In this document: piece by piece, positions 44,733-54,900 of the stretch | Numbering within the stretch: the stretch's first letter is position 1 | How the letters are laid out: every line of letters begins with the position of its first letter | NCBI GenBank assembly: GCA_965221615.1 | Contig: OZ244904.1 | Location: forward strand, 959,489 to 1,023,488 | Direction: 5' to 3' | DNA from: Psychrosphaera sp. | GTDB lineage: Bacteria; Pseudomonadota; Gammaproteobacteria; Enterobacterales; Alteromonadaceae | DNA: 64,000 nt | Notes under the pieces: model-generated | Told to the model about the DNA's origin: nothing | The model's input: the letters and a program-made list of their open reading frames with translations, nothing else | Database searches by the model: none | Program-made: the position numbers and the translations under genes

Positions 44733-46811
44733 ATGACTAGAGGGGCCAACAAGTCCGCTTTAAAGCCACTAGTTTCTAGTATCGCTACGGCACTAATTGC
44801 AATGCAGTCGGTAAGTGCAAACGCAGCAAGTTTTGATATTGGCGACTTTGCTATCACATTCGACTCTACTTTTTCTGCTGGCACAAGCTGGCGTGTAGAA
44901 GATAGAGATGTAAACAAATTTATCGGTAAGTCGAACAATCAACAATTTGATTGGACTGGAGCTCGTCCATATGCTTTACCAGCATATGATGTATGGGGCT
45001 CCGAGGGTAGTTACTCTACCAATGGCGACTTAGGTAATTTAAATTACGATGCTGGTGAAGAGTTTTCACGAGTACTTAAAGGTTTCCACGAACTAACGAT
45101 TGACGCCGGTGATTACGGTTTTAGAACGTCTTTTATGTACTATAAAGACTTCGCTGTAGAAGGTGCTGAACATGAAAATAGCATTTCAGGCGAAAAGTTT
45201 GATGTATGTCGCGATGACGAAGCTAAAGAATTAGTTTGTGAAGATTTTCGTTTTCTAGATGCATATTTTTATGCTGATTTTGATTTGGCTGATACGCCTG
45301 TTTCAATCAAAATTGGTGAGCAAGTTTTATCATGGGGTGAAAGCACTTTAATTCCTCATGGTATCAATATTACACCAGTAGATATTTCTCGCTTGAGAGC
45401 TCCTGGTGCAGATTTAAAAGAAGCATTTATTCCAGTTGGAATGGTTTGGGCAAGCATTGGCTTAACTGATAATGTATCGCTTGAAGCTTTTTACCAATAT
45501 GAATGGCAACAGACGCATTTACCAGTACCTGGGTCATATTTCTCAACGAATGACTTTGCCGGTTCAGGTGGTCACTATAACAATATTCAGCTTGGTTTTG
45601 CTGCCAATCCTGACATGGACAGAGATACGTTACTTGCACAGTTAAATGAAGTTGGTGCTTTGGCTGTTTCTGGTACAGTTGATGCTGATACATTAGCTTC
45701 AATATATTTATCATATCCAGCAACATATACTGTAAGAGCATCATCGCTAGATGAAGATGCAAGTGACTCAGGTCAGTACGGTTTGAAGTTGGGTTGGTTT
45801 GCTGAAGAGCTGAACTATACAGAGTTTGGTTTTTACTTCATGAATTACCATAGCCGTCGTCCGTTAATTTCAGGTGGTATGGCTAACTTTACTTCTGCTG
45901 CTATTCAAAGTGATTTAAATTTATTAGCTGGTTCATACGCAGCACAAGGCGGTATTTCTGACGCACAACTTGATGAGTTGCAAGCATTCTCTAAAGGTGT
46001 AATTACGTACCCTGAAGACATAAAATTATATGGCTTTAGTTTTAACACTACTGTCGGTACAACAGCAGTATCTGGTGAAATTTCTTACCGCCAAGATGAG
46101 CCAATTCAGATCGATGATGTTGAATTGTTACTTGCTGCTATGCCAGAGCAACTTGCAAAAGCTGGTCTTCGCCCAGAGTTAACAGGCGTTTCTCAATTTG
46201 GTGATACTGAAATTGATGGTTGTGATGTTCCTTTAGGTGGTTATGGCCCAGGCGAAACTGGTACAGGTTATTGTCTAGTTGATACTGTGCAAGCACAAAT
46301 GACCTTCATTCAATCTTTCGGTCCAAGTTTAGGTTTAGATAACTTAAATGCGGTTGCTGAAGTGGGTTATATTTCAATCCGCAACATGGCAGATCAGGAC
46401 GAGTTAAGATTTAACGCTCCAGGTACAGCTAGAAGTGGTGCAACATCTGATGAAATCCCTGGTGGATTAATTGGTAGTATCCAAGATGGTTATGATGATA
46501 CATCTATGTTCCCTACAGATGATGCTTGGGGTTATAGAATTATCTTAGCTGGTGAATTGAACAGTGTATTTGGTAGTTCATTCAACCTTAAACCACGTAT
46601 TCAATTCTCACACGATGTTGACGGTATTACGCCAGATCCTCTATTCCTATTCCACGAAGATAAAAAGTCACTAAGTGTTAGTATGGAAATAGACTATCAA
46701 AGCTCGCTTTCGTTTGGTCTATCGTACAACGCATTCTATGGTGGTGTAGGTGCAATCAATCAGTTAGAAGACCGCGATTACATGTCTTTTAATGTTAAAT
46801 ATTCACTATAA
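44733..46811 (+). CDS. DUF1302-like predicted outer-membrane beta-barrel protein
   Basis: The 692-aa ORF has a signal peptide ending SANAAS. The block IKIGEQVLSWGESTLIPHGIN is typical of DUF1302. The remainder is a long Gly/Tyr/Ser/Asp-rich beta-strand pattern. Confidence 0.78.
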   Translation: MTRGANKSALKPLVSSIATALIAMQSVSANAASFDIGDFAITFDSTFSAGTSWRVEDRDVNKFIGKSNNQQFDWTGARPYALPAYDVWGSEGSYSTNGDLGNLNYDAGEEFSRVLKGFHELTIDAGDYGFRTSFMYYKDFAVEGAEHENSISGEKFDVCRDDEAKELVCEDFRFLDAYFYADFDLADTPVSIKIGEQVLSWGESTLIPHGINITPVDISRLRAPGADLKEAFIPVGMVWASIGLTDNVSLEAFYQYEWQQTHLPVPGSYFSTNDFAGSGGHYNNIQLGFAANPDMDRDTLLAQLNEVGALAVSGTVDADTLASIYLSYPATYTVRASSLDEDASDSGQYGLKLGWFAEELNYTEFGFYFMNYHSRRPLISGGMANFTSAAIQSDLNLLAGSYAAQGGISDAQLDELQAFSKGVITYPEDIKLYGFSFNTTVGTTAVSGEISYRQDEPIQIDDVELLLAAMPEQLAKAGLRPELTGVSQFGDTEIDGCDVPLGGYGPGETGTGYCLVDTVQAQMTFIQSFGPSLGLDNLNAVAEVGYISIRNMADQDELRFNAPGTARSGATSDEIPGGLIGSIQDGYDDTSMFPTDDAWGYRIILAGELNSVFGSSFNLKPRIQFSHDVDGITPDPLFLFHEDKKSLSVSMEIDYQSSLSFGLSYNAFYGGVGAINQLEDRDYMSFNVKYSL

Positions 46812-46820
46812 GGGATAAAT

Positions 46821-48182
46821 ATGAAAAAGATCACCTTATTAACTTCAGCATTAACTTTAGCGCTTGCATCTGTAGGCTCTAATGCTGCGGTATCGTCTGC
46901 TGAAGCTGCTAAATTAGGCGGTGACTTAACACCTCTAGGCGCTGTTAAAGGTGCTAATGCAGATGGTTCTATTCCTGCTTGGAATGGTGGTATCACTGAA
47001 GCTCCAGCTGGATACAAGCCGGGTATGCATCACCCAGATCCGTTTTCTTCGGACAAAGTGTTATACACAATTACAAATGCAAACAAGGATCAATATAGAG
47101 AGTTATTGACTCCTGGTTTAATTAAGATGTTTGAAACATATCCTGATACTTACAAGATGGATGTGTACCAGACTCGCCGTACTGCTTCGTATCCACAATA
47201 CGTTTACGACGCAACTAAGAAAAATGCAACTGATGCTCAGTTAGTGCAAGGTGGTAATGGTATTAAAGGTGCAGCAGTTGGTGTTCCTTTCCCAATGCCA
47301 GCAAATGGTTTAGAAGCTATTTGGAACCATATTTTGCGTTATAGAGGCGAAGGAGCAACTCGCTTTGGTGGCCAAGTTGCGCCAACGGCAAGTGGCGACT
47401 ACTCTTACATTGGTTTTGATGAATCGCTAATGGTTGAATACTCACAAAAGGGTGTTACAGCAGCTGAATTAGAAGAAGGTAATGTTGTTTTCCGCTTTAA
47501 GCAAAAAGTAACAGAGCCAGCTCGTTTAGCGGGTACTGCGTTATTAGTTCATGAAACGCTGGATCAGGTTAAACAACCTCGTCAAGCTTGGACTTATAAC
47601 TCGGGTCAACGTCGTGTTCGTCGTGCTCCAAACATTGCATATGATGCACCTGGTACAGCTTCTGATGGCTTACGTACTACGGATGATTTCGATATGTATA
47701 ACGGTGCACCAGACCGTTACACTTGGGAATTAAAAGGTAAGCAAGAATTACTAATTCCTTACAACAGCTACAAGTTGCACAGTGACTCATTAACTTATGA
47801 TGACATTGTTAAACCTGGCCATATCGCTACAGATGTAGTTCGCTGGGAAAAGCATAGAGTTTGGGTTGTTGAGGCGAACTTGAAAGATGGTATTAGCCAC
47901 GTTTATAAAAAGCGTGTTTTCTACATCGATGAAGATAGCTGGCAAATCCATGTAACGGATATGTACGACAACCGTGATGAGCTATACCGTGTAGGTGTTG
48001 CATACGGCATTAACTATTATGAAGTGCCAACACATTGGACTACGCTTGAAGCATTTTACGACTTAAACTCACGTCGTTACCTTGCTATCGGCCTAGATAA
48101 CCAAGAAAAAATGTATGACTTCTCTGCTAAACAGAAAGAGAAAGCTTACACACCAGCAGCACTTCGACGCGAAGCTCGCTAA
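46821..48182 (+). CDS. DUF1329-like periplasmic protein (LolA-like lipoprotein-sorting fold)
   Basis: The 453-aa ORF has a signal peptide ending SNAAV. The N-terminal motif LGGDLTPLGAVKGANADGSIPAWNGG is characteristic of DUF1329. It starts 10 nt after the DUF1302 gene. Confidence 0.78.
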   Translation: MKKITLLTSALTLALASVGSNAAVSSAEAAKLGGDLTPLGAVKGANADGSIPAWNGGITEAPAGYKPGMHHPDPFSSDKVLYTITNANKDQYRELLTPGLIKMFETYPDTYKMDVYQTRRTASYPQYVYDATKKNATDAQLVQGGNGIKGAAVGVPFPMPANGLEAIWNHILRYRGEGATRFGGQVAPTASGDYSYIGFDESLMVEYSQKGVTAAELEEGNVVFRFKQKVTEPARLAGTALLVHETLDQVKQPRQAWTYNSGQRRVRRAPNIAYDAPGTASDGLRTTDDFDMYNGAPDRYTWELKGKQELLIPYNSYKLHSDSLTYDDIVKPGHIATDVVRWEKHRVWVVEANLKDGISHVYKKRVFYIDEDSWQIHVTDMYDNRDELYRVGVAYGINYYEVPTHWTTLEAFYDLNSRRYLAIGLDNQEKMYDFSAKQKEKAYTPAALRREAR

Positions 48183-48194
48183 TAAGACCAAACA

Positions 48195-48226
48195 AAAACG
48201 GTTGGCATTAGTTCAACCGTTTTTGC
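48195..48226 (+). terminator. intrinsic terminator or attenuator between the DUF1329 gene and the beta-propeller gene
   Basis: The arms aaaaacggttg (48195-48205) and caaccgttttt (48215-48225) pair. Confidence 0.8.
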
Positions 48227-48265
48227 TTACCTCAATCAATAACGATAAATTATACTTTCTTAGCC

Positions 48266-49297
48266 ATGTATATGGGCGATTTAACTATGCTTAAACACCT
48301 GACTTTATGTACCGCATTAGCTCTGGGATCGAGTTTTGCTGTGTCTGCTCAACAGCCCGTAGCGGCAATGCCTTCGGAATTAGCTGAGCAAAATTTACTG
48401 ACTGATATTGTAAATATTCAAGGAAAGCTCGTAGCCGTTGGTGAAAGAGGACATATTATTTACTCTTTAGATGGTGCAACGTGGCAGCAAGCTAATGTAC
48501 CAGTGAATGTGCTGTTAACAGCGGTTGATTTTGTCAATGAAGATGTTGGCTTTGCAGTTGGACATGATGCGACTTTATTGAAGTCTACAGACGGTGGGGT
48601 TAACTGGCAGATTGTTAATTACCAACCTGAAATAGACAAGCCTCTATTGAATATCAAAGTAATTGGAGAGCAAGTTGTCGCTATTGGTGCGTACGGCTTG
48701 TATTGGTCTTCAGTTGATGCAGGAAAAACTTGGAAGAGTGATTTCCATGACGAGCTATTGATAGAGGACGACCGTCTTTATCTTGAAGATTTAAAGCAGT
48801 TCGAGCCTGAAGTTTATGAAGAAGAAAAGCAATTTATGTTGCCACACTTCAACGATATCGCACTTGCTGATGGACAGTTATTAATGGCTGGCGAAGCTGG
48901 ATTTTTAGCATCTAGTAATGACCAAGGGGAAAATTGGCAAGTTATTGAAGCTGATTATTTCGGTTCTTATTTCTCAATTGCAGATAGCCAAAACGGAGTC
49001 CAAGTTGCAGGCTTAAGAGGCAACTTATTTGAGAGTGATGACAATGCTATTAGTTGGGGAAAACTAAAAACTCCAGTAGCTGCAACAGTTAATGATTCAT
49101 TTGTTGCTGATAACAATGTGTATCACTTCGCTAATTCAGGAAATGTGTTTTATTCACGTAATGGTGAAGAATTTAAGGTGTATACATTTGACGATGGCAA
49201 AGCAGTCATGTCAGGTGTCGTAAAAGATAAAACTATGTACTTGGCAACTGAAGCGGGCATTAAGTCACTGCCAGTCAATAAATTGATAGCTGACTAG
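48266..49297 (+). CDS. secreted Asp-box (BNR) beta-propeller protein, Ycf48-like. An alternative start lies at ATG 48287.
   Basis: The 343-aa ORF has the signal peptide MLKHLTLCTALALGSSFAVSA. Asp-box-like motifs repeat: STDGGVNWQ, SVDAGKTWK, SSNDQGENWQ and SDDNAISWG. Confidence 0.72.
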   Translation: MYMGDLTMLKHLTLCTALALGSSFAVSAQQPVAAMPSELAEQNLLTDIVNIQGKLVAVGERGHIIYSLDGATWQQANVPVNVLLTAVDFVNEDVGFAVGHDATLLKSTDGGVNWQIVNYQPEIDKPLLNIKVIGEQVVAIGAYGLYWSSVDAGKTWKSDFHDELLIEDDRLYLEDLKQFEPEVYEEEKQFMLPHFNDIALADGQLLMAGEAGFLASSNDQGENWQVIEADYFGSYFSIADSQNGVQVAGLRGNLFESDDNAISWGKLKTPVAATVNDSFVADNNVYHFANSGNVFYSRNGEEFKVYTFDDGKAVMSGVVKDKTMYLATEAGIKSLPVNKLIAD

Positions 49298-49314
49298 TAG
49301 TAGGAGTATTTGCC

Positions 49315-51618
49315 ATGTTAGTAACAAAGTTAGAAACTTTTTTATTTAGGCAACGAACAGTTGTCATTATGCTATTTGCGCTGCTTACGGTAGTGCTAGG
49401 TTATCAAGCGTCTAAAATTCAATTAGATGCTTCTTTTAACAAAAATATCCCACTGAACCATGAGTACATGAAGACTTATGTGAAACACAGTAAAGATTTC
49501 GGTGGTGCTAATTCTATTTATATCTCTGTATGTGACACTCAAGGCGACATTTTTAACCCTGAGTTCTTTACTAGCTTAAAGAGCGTGCATGACCAATTAT
49601 TTTTTATTCCTGGTGTAAACCGAACTTTAGTATCTTCCCTATATTCTCCGTCTACTCGTTTTACTGAAGTAGTAGAAGATGGTTTTGCCGGTGGCCCAGT
49701 TATTCCAGCTGACTTTAAAGCCGATGAAAGAGGTTTGGCTCAAGTAAAAGGAAACATTGAAAAAGCAGGGATCGTTGGCCGTATGGTTGCGGATGATTAC
49801 TCTTGCGCAATGGTTTCGAGCCAGCTGTTAGATACCAATCCTGAGACTGGTGAAAAGTTAGATAGTATTGCCTTAGCTGAACAACTAGAACAAGAGCTTA
49901 GAGGGCAATTCGAAAACGATAAAATCAGCATTCACATTATTGGCTTCGCTAAAATGATTGGCGATGTTGCTAATGGCGCTAAAGATGTAGTTGTGTTCTT
50001 TGCTGTGGCTATAGCGATTACTGCCATTATGGTATGGCTGTTTATCCGCTCTACAGTATTAACTGTATTACCAATTGCTTGTTCTTTTATTGCAGTAATT
50101 TGGCAGCTAGGTATGTTGCACAGCATAGGATTTGGCTTAGACCCTATGTCAATTTTGGTTCCATTCCTAGTATTCGCGATTGGTGTTAGCCATGGCGTTC
50201 AAATGATCAACTCAATAGGTAAGCGTGTTCATGAAGGGTTAGATGCTAAACAAGCTAGTGCAGCTAGTTTTGTTAAACTTTTAATTCCTGGTGGTGTGGC
50301 TTTAATGTCAGATACGGTTGGTTTCTTAACCTTGTTGACTATTGATATTGGCATTATCAGAGAATTAGCTATTACAGCGAGTTTAGGTGTTGCTGTGATT
50401 ATCTTCACAAACCTATTTTTGATGCCAGTTCTTGCCTCTTATATTGACTTTGACAAGAGATTTAAGTCAAAGCCAGAAGGCTCGCATGATCATATCTGGC
50501 ACAATATGGCAGTGTTCACGAAACCAAAAGTTGCAGGTGTTATTCTAGCGTTAACTGCATTGCTATTCAGTTATGGTCATATTAAGAGTAAGGACATGAA
50601 GATAGGTGATATGCAAGCTGGTACGCCGTCACTTCATGAAGATAGTCGTTATAACCAAGACACTTTCCTAATTACTGAAAGATATGCCATTTCAATGGAT
50701 ATGATTAAGGTTATTGTTGAAACGGGAGAGTCAGGTTGTACTTATCACGAAACAATGGACACGATAGATCAATTCCAATGGCGTATGTCTAATGTCGAAG
50801 GAGTGCAGTCAGCGATTAGTTTATCGAGTATAGCTAAGGTAATTAATACTGGTTATAACGAGGGCAACCTTAAATGGCGCTCGTTACCGAGAAATACTCA
50901 GACATTAGTTCAATCAACTGCCCGTGTTGAAACAAGTTCAGGTTTGTTAAATCGTAACTGTTCGGTTATGCCAATCATTCTATTCTTAGAAGATCATAAA
51001 GCAGAAACTATTGAGCGTGTTATTAATGCAGTTAAAGCAGCTAAACAAGACTTAGACACTGATACGGTTAAATTCATGTTAGCGTCAGGTTCTGCTGGGG
51101 TTATGGCGGCGACGAATGAAGCTGTTAAAGAGGCTCAAACACCTATGCTTTGGTACGTGTATGGTGCTGTTATTGCGCTGTGTTTAATTAGCTTTAAGTC
51201 AGTGAAGGCGACTATAGCTGTTGTTGTTCCACTGTACGTTGTTTCTACACTTGCTCAAGCATTGATGACGCACTTAGAAATTGGTCTAACTGTTTCGACT
51301 TTGCCTGTGATTGCGTTGGGTGTAGGTATAGGCGTTGATTACGGTATTTATATTTTATCGAACATGGTTGAAGGTTTAAGAAACGGCACTAGCTTAAATA
51401 GAGCTTATTTCTTGGCTCTAAAAGAGCGAGGAAGTGCAGTGTTGTTTACTGGCCTAACATTAGCGATTGGTGTAAGTACATGGGTATTCTCAGCACTTAA
51501 GTTCCAAGCTGATATGGGTATCCTATTAACCTTTATGTTCCTAGTGAATATGCTAGGCGCAATCATAGTTCTACCTGCGCTTGCTTCTTTGTTATGGCGA
51601 GAGCAAACCAAGGACTAA
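49315..51618 (+). CDS. RND-superfamily transporter (MMPL/HpnN-like, single polypeptide, 12 TM)
   Basis: The 767-aa ORF has two 6-TM bundles, each preceded by a large periplasmic loop. The repeated segment pattern (SIGFGLDPMSILVPFLVFAIGVSHG and LGVGIGVDYGIYIL) is typical of RND/SSD transporters. Confidence 0.88.
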   Translation: MLVTKLETFLFRQRTVVIMLFALLTVVLGYQASKIQLDASFNKNIPLNHEYMKTYVKHSKDFGGANSIYISVCDTQGDIFNPEFFTSLKSVHDQLFFIPGVNRTLVSSLYSPSTRFTEVVEDGFAGGPVIPADFKADERGLAQVKGNIEKAGIVGRMVADDYSCAMVSSQLLDTNPETGEKLDSIALAEQLEQELRGQFENDKISIHIIGFAKMIGDVANGAKDVVVFFAVAIAITAIMVWLFIRSTVLTVLPIACSFIAVIWQLGMLHSIGFGLDPMSILVPFLVFAIGVSHGVQMINSIGKRVHEGLDAKQASAASFVKLLIPGGVALMSDTVGFLTLLTIDIGIIRELAITASLGVAVIIFTNLFLMPVLASYIDFDKRFKSKPEGSHDHIWHNMAVFTKPKVAGVILALTALLFSYGHIKSKDMKIGDMQAGTPSLHEDSRYNQDTFLITERYAISMDMIKVIVETGESGCTYHETMDTIDQFQWRMSNVEGVQSAISLSSIAKVINTGYNEGNLKWRSLPRNTQTLVQSTARVETSSGLLNRNCSVMPIILFLEDHKAETIERVINAVKAAKQDLDTDTVKFMLASGSAGVMAATNEAVKEAQTPMLWYVYGAVIALCLISFKSVKATIAVVVPLYVVSTLAQALMTHLEIGLTVSTLPVIALGVGIGVDYGIYILSNMVEGLRNGTSLNRAYFLALKERGSAVLFTGLTLAIGVSTWVFSALKFQADMGILLTFMFLVNMLGAIIVLPALASLLWREQTKD

Positions 51619-51626
51619 GAGTTAAT

Positions 51627-51647
51627 GAGCCTCTGCCTTAGAGGCTC
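51627..51647 (+). terminator. hairpin after the RND gene
   Basis: The sequence is gagcctct gcctt agaggctc. There is no clear U-tract. Confidence 0.5.
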
Positions 51648-51672
51648 ACAATTGATTATTAGTAATTGGTGT

Positions 51673-51705
51673 AGACACCTGTTGTACTTTTTATGATGGG
51701 TGTCT
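51673..51705. repeat. AGACACC/GGTGTCT hairpin element, copy 4
   Basis: The arms agacacc (51673-51679) and ggtgtct (51699-51705) pair. The core is the same as in the 8.2-, 9.0- and 10.8-kb copies. Confidence 0.5.
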
Positions 51706-51968
51706 TAATTATTGTTGATAAGGTTAAGGCTGAAAGTAACAAAAAAGTTAAAAAAAAATCGCTCTAAATTCCTGCATAATTATATAAAAAAGCAGCGTTC
51801 AGATGCTTTTTTATCTAAAGCCTCTGCATATATTTATATATCCCGCTTAACGTCTTGATCCTACACGGGTTCTACCAGTAAAAATAAACTTCATTTAATG
51901 CACAAATAGGTCTAAACTGTGCGAGTAATATCAACAAAATATAAAAGCCCTACAAAAAGGAACCTGTA

Positions 51969-54900
51969 ATGACACTGTTACGTAATTCCTCATCCGTGAT
52001 CCTAAAAAATGTCGCTAAGCTTATTCAAGAAAAGTTACCAAAAGAGCGTCAAGATTTAGTAGAAGCGTTTTCATCCAGACTTTTTGAAAATATGGCCAAA
52101 GATGATTTGGACAAACGCATTGATGTTGACTTATATGGCGCGGCATTGAGCCTATTCAATGTATTTAATGAAACGTCGCAAAATGACCCATTCATCAAAG
52201 TATTTAACCCAGAGAGAGGGGTTGATGGCTGGCAGTCAGAAAATACTATTGTACAGATAGTAGTTCGTGACTTACCTTTCTTAGTTGATTCAGTTCGTAT
52301 GGCATTGAATCGCCACTCTGTAACTTCTCATTTATTACTGCACACTCCAGTAAAAGTGAATCGAGATAAAGAAGGTCAAGTTACCGAGTTTGTTGATCTT
52401 AAAAAGGGCGAAGCGTCGTTTACACAGACTGTATTTTTCATTGAGATCGATCGTCAGTCGAGCGCGACACAGCTACAGCAATTAGAACAAGAATTAGCTA
52501 ATGTTTTACAGGACGTTAGCATGGCTGTTGATGATTGGCAGCCAATGCAAAGCAAGCTGGCTGAATGTATTGCCGAAGCAAAAAAAGCAAAAGCACAGAA
52601 CAAAGAAAAACGTGACATCAGTTTAGAGTTTTTAAACTGGGTTGCAGATCACAATTTTACTTTAATGGGTTACCGTGAATACAAGGTCGCAGAAGTAAAA
52701 GGTGATATTGAAATTTCGGGTAATGACGATACTTCATTAGGCTTAATGAAAAATCGTCCGAGTACTCCTCGTTTATTGTCGACCTTATCTGAAGCAGGTC
52801 GTGCAGAGTCATTATCAGATAACATTTTAGTGTTAACTAAAACCGATTCTAAGTCTAACGTACACCGTCCAGCTTATATGGATTACATTGGTATCAAACG
52901 TTTTGATAGCAAAGGTAAAGTTATCGGTGAGCACAGATTCATCGGTTTGTATGGCGCTAACTTCTATAATTCGAGTGTAAGTGATATTCCATTATTGCGA
53001 GATAAATTAAACTCAATTATGGAAAACAGTTCATTTGCTCGTGGTTCTCATGGTTTTAAAGCCTTATTAAACGTATTAGAAACTTACCCAAGAGATGAAT
53101 TAATTCAAGCAGATGAAGAACACTTAGCTGAAGTAGCTACTGGTGTATTACAAATGCAAGAGCGTGATATGACGAAGTTATTTGTTCGCAAAGATTCGTT
53201 TGATCGCTACTACTCGTGCATGGTGTTTGTTCGCCGTGAACGATACAACACTCAATTACGTCGTGATTCACAAGAAATCTTCCGCCAAGCAATTGGTGGT
53301 GAAGGGTATGTAGAATTTACTACTTATTTCTCTGAGTCACCATTAGCAAGAACACATTACATTGTCCGTACTACGGATCAGGATGTTGAAATTAACGTGA
53401 AAGATATTGAAAATAATTTAATTGAAGCTGCCCGCACATGGGAAGACAAGTTAGCTACTGCTTTAACTAAAAAGTTTGGTGGAGCGACAGGTAAAGAATT
53501 AGCGGCTAAGTACGCAAAAGCTTTCCCAAGAGGCTATAAAGAAGAAGTATTGCCATCAACAGCAACGGTTGATATTTCTTACCTAGAAAACTTGAGTGAT
53601 GACAACAAGTTAGAAATGGTATTCTATCGCTCGCAAGAAGCGGTTGATAAAAATGCAGTTCGTTTAAGCTTATACCATAAAGATGAGCCAATTTTCTTAT
53701 CAGACGTATTACCAATCCTAGAAAACTTTGGTCTTCGCGTTATTGGTGAAACACCATATGCAGTAGCGACAGAGAACGGTGAAAACTGGGTGATGGATTT
53801 CACTATGATGTTAACATCAGGTGATAACTCAGACTTTAAGAAAACACAAATGTTGTTCCAAGAGGCATTTGCTAATGTTTGGGCTGACCAATTAGAGAAC
53901 GATGGCTTTAACCGTCTTATCTTAGGTGCTAAATTAAGTGGTCGTGAAGCATCTGTTATTCGTGCGTACGCTAAATATATGCGTCAAATTGGTGTAACTT
54001 TCTCACAATCTTACATCGAATCTACATTTGACCGTTACCCTGAAATTGCTGGTAAGTTAGTTGAATTGTTTACCCTTAAGTTTAAGCCAGGCAAGAACAA
54101 CGAGAAGAAGTACGAAAAAGCAAAAGAAGCACTATTTGTTGATTTAGACAATGTAGCAAACTTAGATGACGATAGAATTATTCGTCTATACATCACCTTA
54201 ATGGATGCTACTTTACGTACTAACTTCTATCAAAAAGCAGCAGATGGCACAGATAAGCCATATATTTCATTCAAGTTACTTCCTGAATTAATTCCTGAAG
54301 TTCCATTACCTCGTCCTAAGTTTGAAATTTTTGTATACAGCCCTCGTATTGAAGGTGTTCACTTACGTGGCGGTAAAGTTGCTCGTGGTGGTTTGCGTTG
54401 GTCTGACCGTATGGAAGACTTCCGTACAGAAGTATTAGGCTTGGTTAAAGCACAACAAGTTAAAAACACTGTAATCGTACCAAACGGCTCTAAAGGTGGA
54501 TTTGTATGTAAGCAGTTAGATAAAGTTTCTGGTCGCGATGCATTCTTTGCTGAAGGCCAAGATTGTTACCGTACATTTATCCGCGGTTTGTTAGATGTAA
54601 CAGATAATATTGTTAAAGGTGAAGTTGTTCCTCCTGTTGACGTTGTTCGTCACGATGAAGACGATACTTACCTAGTTGTTGCAGCTGACAAAGGTACAGC
54701 TACATTCTCTGACATCGCGAACTCAATTTCTGAAGATTACAACTTCTGGTTGGGCGATGCGTTCGCTTCAGGTGGTAGTGTTGGTTATGACCATAAGAAG
54801 ATGGGTATTACTGCTCGCGGTGCTTGGGAATCAGTTAAGCGCCACTTCCGTGAAATGGGCATTGACTGCCAAACTACAGACTTCACTTGTGTTGCAGTAG

